DNA of 38,727 nt from Candidatus Kerfeldbacteria bacterium (GTDB lineage: Bacteria; Patescibacteriota; Patescibacteriia; SBBC01; CAIJZX01): contig JACQBO010000006.1 in NCBI GenBank assembly GCA_016194465.1, positions 1 through 38,727 of the forward strand, given 5' to 3'. Shown piece by piece: positions 36,690-38,727 of the stretch. The notes under the pieces were generated by a model that saw nothing but the letters and a program-made list of their open reading frames with translations, ran no database searches and was not told where the DNA came from. Position numbers and translations under genes: made by a program. Numbering within the stretch: position 1 is the stretch's first letter; every line of letters begins with the position of its first letter.

Positions 36690-37631
36690 TTAGAGCCTAC
36701 CGTGCTTTTGGTGATGCAGCATCTCTAAGTATTTTTCGGCTTCCAGGGCCGCCATGCAGCCCCAACCGGCAGCACTAATGGCCTGACGGTAGCGGTAATC
36801 TTGCACATCACCGGCCACGAAAATACCGGGGATAGAGGTCATGACCTGATCAGTGACGGCCAGGTATCCACGTTTGTTCACCTGGAGGTACTCCTGGAAC
36901 AAGGCCGTATTCGGCACATGCCCGATCGCCACGAACATTCCTTGGACCTTGAGGTCTTCGGTTGAGTTAGTCACCGTGTTTTTGAGGCGAAGACCGGTTA
37001 CTTTGGTTTCACCCTGGACATCAGCCACTTCGGTTTGCAACCGGAATGAAATTTTTGTATTGGCCTTGGCCCGCGCGACCATAATATTGCTGGCTCGGAG
37101 TGCATCCCCGCGCACCAAGATGGTAATGCTACTCGCAAATTTTGTGAGGTAGAGGGCTTCTTCCATGGCGGCATCCCCGCCCCCCACGACTGCCACGTCT
37201 TTGCCCTTGAAAAAAAATCCGTCGCAGGTGGCGCAGGACGAAACGCCTTTGCCGCGCAGCCGCTGTTCGCTCGGCAGCCCAAGCCAGCGCGTGGCGGCGC
37301 CCGTGGCGATGATGACAGCCTCAGCTTGATAGGCGTCTTTCTCCGCCCAGAGCCAGAACGGTTGCTGGCGGAAATCGACCTTGGTAATCGAAGTTGGGAC
37401 AACCGTCGCCCCAAACCGCTCCGCTTGCTTTTGCATCCGCTCCATCAGTTCCGGCCCCAGAATATCTTCTGGAAACCCGGGAAAGTTGCCGACGTCCGTC
37501 GTATTGATCAGTTGTCCGCCCGGCTCGGGGCCAGCGAACACCAGCGGTTTCCAGCCGGCGCGGGCGGCATAAATCGCCGCGGTATACCCGGCCGGGCCAG
37601 ATCCAAGAATTGCCAGTTTCATTTTCGTCAT
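36690..37631 (-). CDS. trxB: Thioredoxin-disulfide reductase
   Basis: GSGPAGYTAAIY, GGQL, CATCDG, VVGGGDAA, FVAIGHVPN, AGDV..YRQA. Confidence 0.96.
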   Translation of the reverse strand: MTKMKLAILGSGPAGYTAAIYAARAGWKPLVFAGPEPGGQLINTTDVGNFPGFPEDILGPELMERMQKQAERFGATVVPTSITKVDFRQQPFWLWAEKDAYQAEAVIIATGAATRWLGLPSEQRLRGKGVSSCATCDGFFFKGKDVAVVGGGDAAMEEALYLTKFASSITILVRGDALRASNIMVARAKANTKISFRLQTEVADVQGETKVTGLRLKNTVTNSTEDLKVQGMFVAIGHVPNTALFQEYLQVNKRGYLAVTDQVMTSIPGIFVAGDVQDYRYRQAISAAGWGCMAALEAEKYLEMLHHQKHGRL

Positions 37632-37640
37632 GACCTGAGT

Positions 37641-37669
37641 AGTGTACTGGGCCCGGGCTCTTGGGTCAA
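37641..37669 (-). promoter_or_regulatory. sigma70 promoter of the trxB operon
   Basis: Minus strand: TTGACC-17 bp-TACACT-9 nt-ATG(37631). Confidence 0.65.
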
Positions 37670-38226
37670 GACGGCTGCGAGAAACCGGAGCGATACAATA
37701 CGAAGCTGAAAAGAGTGCGGGAAAGACCAAAAATTGTAATGAGTCCTAAGAGCAGGCCAGTCCGGCTCACCGTAGAGGTAAATAAAGCTAGGATATAGAG
37801 TAATGTCAGGAGCATGAATGTACTGGCATATGCGACACGGGTGGCTTTGAGAAGGAGGAGACTTTCTCGTTCATCTTTTAGTGTGTACCCTAGGTTGAGA
37901 AAAACTTCGTGCCACTTCCGACCTCGGCGTTTCCACGTCATTATATTAAAGATCGTGGCAAGTGCGACTCCGGCGAGAACCGGCCAGGGCCGTTCCTTCC
38001 AAATAGTAAAAAGGAAGTTGTCGTTCGATGACCATAAGAAAATGGTCGCGACAAGAAACATCAAGCTCAGTGCCAGCCCGCCTTGCCAATCAAATTTCAG
38101 ATTCGGCTGATTCCACCAACCCTTTCTTCCTTTCGAAAAGATACCGGTCAGATAGATAAAAACACCAATCACCACGATCGGCAAAAGAATTGGTAGAATA
38201 AGATTGAGAAAAATATTGTGCTGCAT
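37666..38226 (-). CDS. Membrane protein with DERE motif (DUF2178-like)
   Basis: About 5 TM segments, KDERE..ATRVAY; downstream of a short XRE regulator. Confidence 0.6.
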   Translation of the reverse strand: MQHNIFLNLILPILLPIVVIGVFIYLTGIFSKGRKGWWNQPNLKFDWQGGLALSLMFLVATIFLWSSNDNFLFTIWKERPWPVLAGVALATIFNIMTWKRRGRKWHEVFLNLGYTLKDERESLLLLKATRVAYASTFMLLTLLYILALFTSTVSRTGLLLGLITIFGLSRTLFSFVLYRSGFSQPS

Positions 38227-38234
38227 TGATATGC

Positions 38235-38438
38235 TTATGATTTGATAAATACTTCCTCGACCGGAAGCTGGAAAGTTTTAGCAATATTCATCCCGAGTAA
38301 TAGCGACGGCGAATACTCCCCTTTTTCGATGGCCAGAATCGTTTGCCGGGTGACACCGACTTTCTGCGCCAGGTCTTCCTGAGTCAGATGATGCTTGGCC
38401 CGAAGTTCTTTGACCCGATTTTGGATTTCCACAGGCAT
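38235..38438 (-). CDS. XRE-family HTH transcriptional regulator
   Basis: NRVKELR, LTQEDLAQKVGVTRQTILAIEKGEYSPSL, VEEVF. Confidence 0.93.
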   Translation of the reverse strand: MPVEIQNRVKELRAKHHLTQEDLAQKVGVTRQTILAIEKGEYSPSLLLGMNIAKTFQLPVEEVFIKS

Positions 38439-38444
38439 AAACTA

Positions 38445-38473
38445 ATTGTAAAGTTTACATTACATAATGTCAA
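38445..38473 (-). promoter_or_regulatory. XRE promoter with overlapping palindromic operator
   Basis: Minus strand: TTGACA-17 bp-TACAAT-6 nt-ATG. Palindrome TGTAAA-G-TTTACA at 38447-38459. Confidence 0.75.
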
Positions 38474-38561
38474 GTATAGCATACATCTTTGGCTTTTTTT
38501 AGCTAACTTCATGATAAAAAAACTTGTTCACAACCAGGAAATAGGAGAATCCTTTAATATT

Positions 38562-38570
38562 TGCTATACT
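38562..38570 (+). promoter_or_regulatory. Extended -10 upstream of HU gene
   Basis: TGcTATACT; TAAGGA Shine-Dalgarno-like motif 9 nt before ATG(38609). Confidence 0.5.
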
Positions 38571-38608
38571 TGCCCTTGGAATTATTCATTTACTAAGGAA
38601 AAACGCCT

Positions 38609-38727
38609 ATGGCAGAAAAACCCATGAGCAAGTCGGCCCTGATCGCCTACTTGGCTGAGAAGTCGAATATGAGCAAGAAAGATGTGACGACGATGTGGGA
38701 ACTGATCGTGGACACGGCCTACAAGCA
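38609..38727 (+). CDS. hup: HU family DNA-binding protein (3' truncated by window)
   Basis: Translated by hand: MAEKPMSKSALIAYLAEKSNMSKKDVTTMWELIVDTAYK, a typical HU helix 1-2. Not in the ORF track. Confidence 0.8.
   Translation, partial: MAEKPMSKSALIAYLAEKSNMSKKDVTTMWELIVDTAYK

Noticed and set aside
38524..38532. TTGTTCACA as a DnaA box upstream of HU
   Set aside because: Mismatched to consensus and isolated in AT-rich DNA; likely chance.
101..38627. Many short antisense or alternate-frame ORFs in the track (e.g. 16730-17371 -, 26148-26759 -, 22280-22879 +)
   Set aside because: They lie inside well-supported genes and have no recognisable motifs; expected shadow ORFs at this GC content.
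1..38727. Alternative genetic code (TGA=Gly as in Gracilibacteria/Absconditabacteria), prophage or IS elements
   Set aside because: Conserved genes end at TGA at expected lengths (e.g. mrdA, lysS, def). No integrase, transposase or phage genes were seen.

Overview
Gene-dense core-chromosome segment, most consistent with a Patescibacteria/CPR genome, possibly ABY1/Kerfeldbacteria-like. That assignment is inference from DUF4012, two mreB copies, a helicase-less PriA, archaeal-type AMP phosphorylase, GxxC-ending signal peptides and frr next to rseP. Bases 1-19945 are one + strand run: two GT2, DUF4012, mreB, GT4, holB, Asp-box propeller, frr, rseP, mreBCD-mrdA, greA, lysS, HD protein, serS, alr, ftsQ-like. 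It converges at a 12-6-12 dif-like palindrome (19974-20003) on a - strand block (tagA-like, gltX, M23 peptidase). A + block follows (secreted repeat protein, LigB/Memo-like, priA, def, fmt), then a long - block (XRE, membrane protein, trxB, SufT-like, His-rich protein, cupredoxin, rpiB, rpe, fba, pfkB, AMP phosphorylase, processive GT2). A partial HU gene ends the window. I saw no tRNA, rRNA, CRISPR array or mobile element. The three most notable observations are: (1) AMP phosphorylase coupled to a divergent rpiB-rpe-fba-pfkB set with no RuBisCO or R15P isomerase in the window; (2) the candidate single-recombinase dif site; (3) repeated sigma70 -10 boxes 6-7 nt before ATG, implying leaderless housekeeping mRNAs. 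All calls come from reading motifs by eye; no searches were run.
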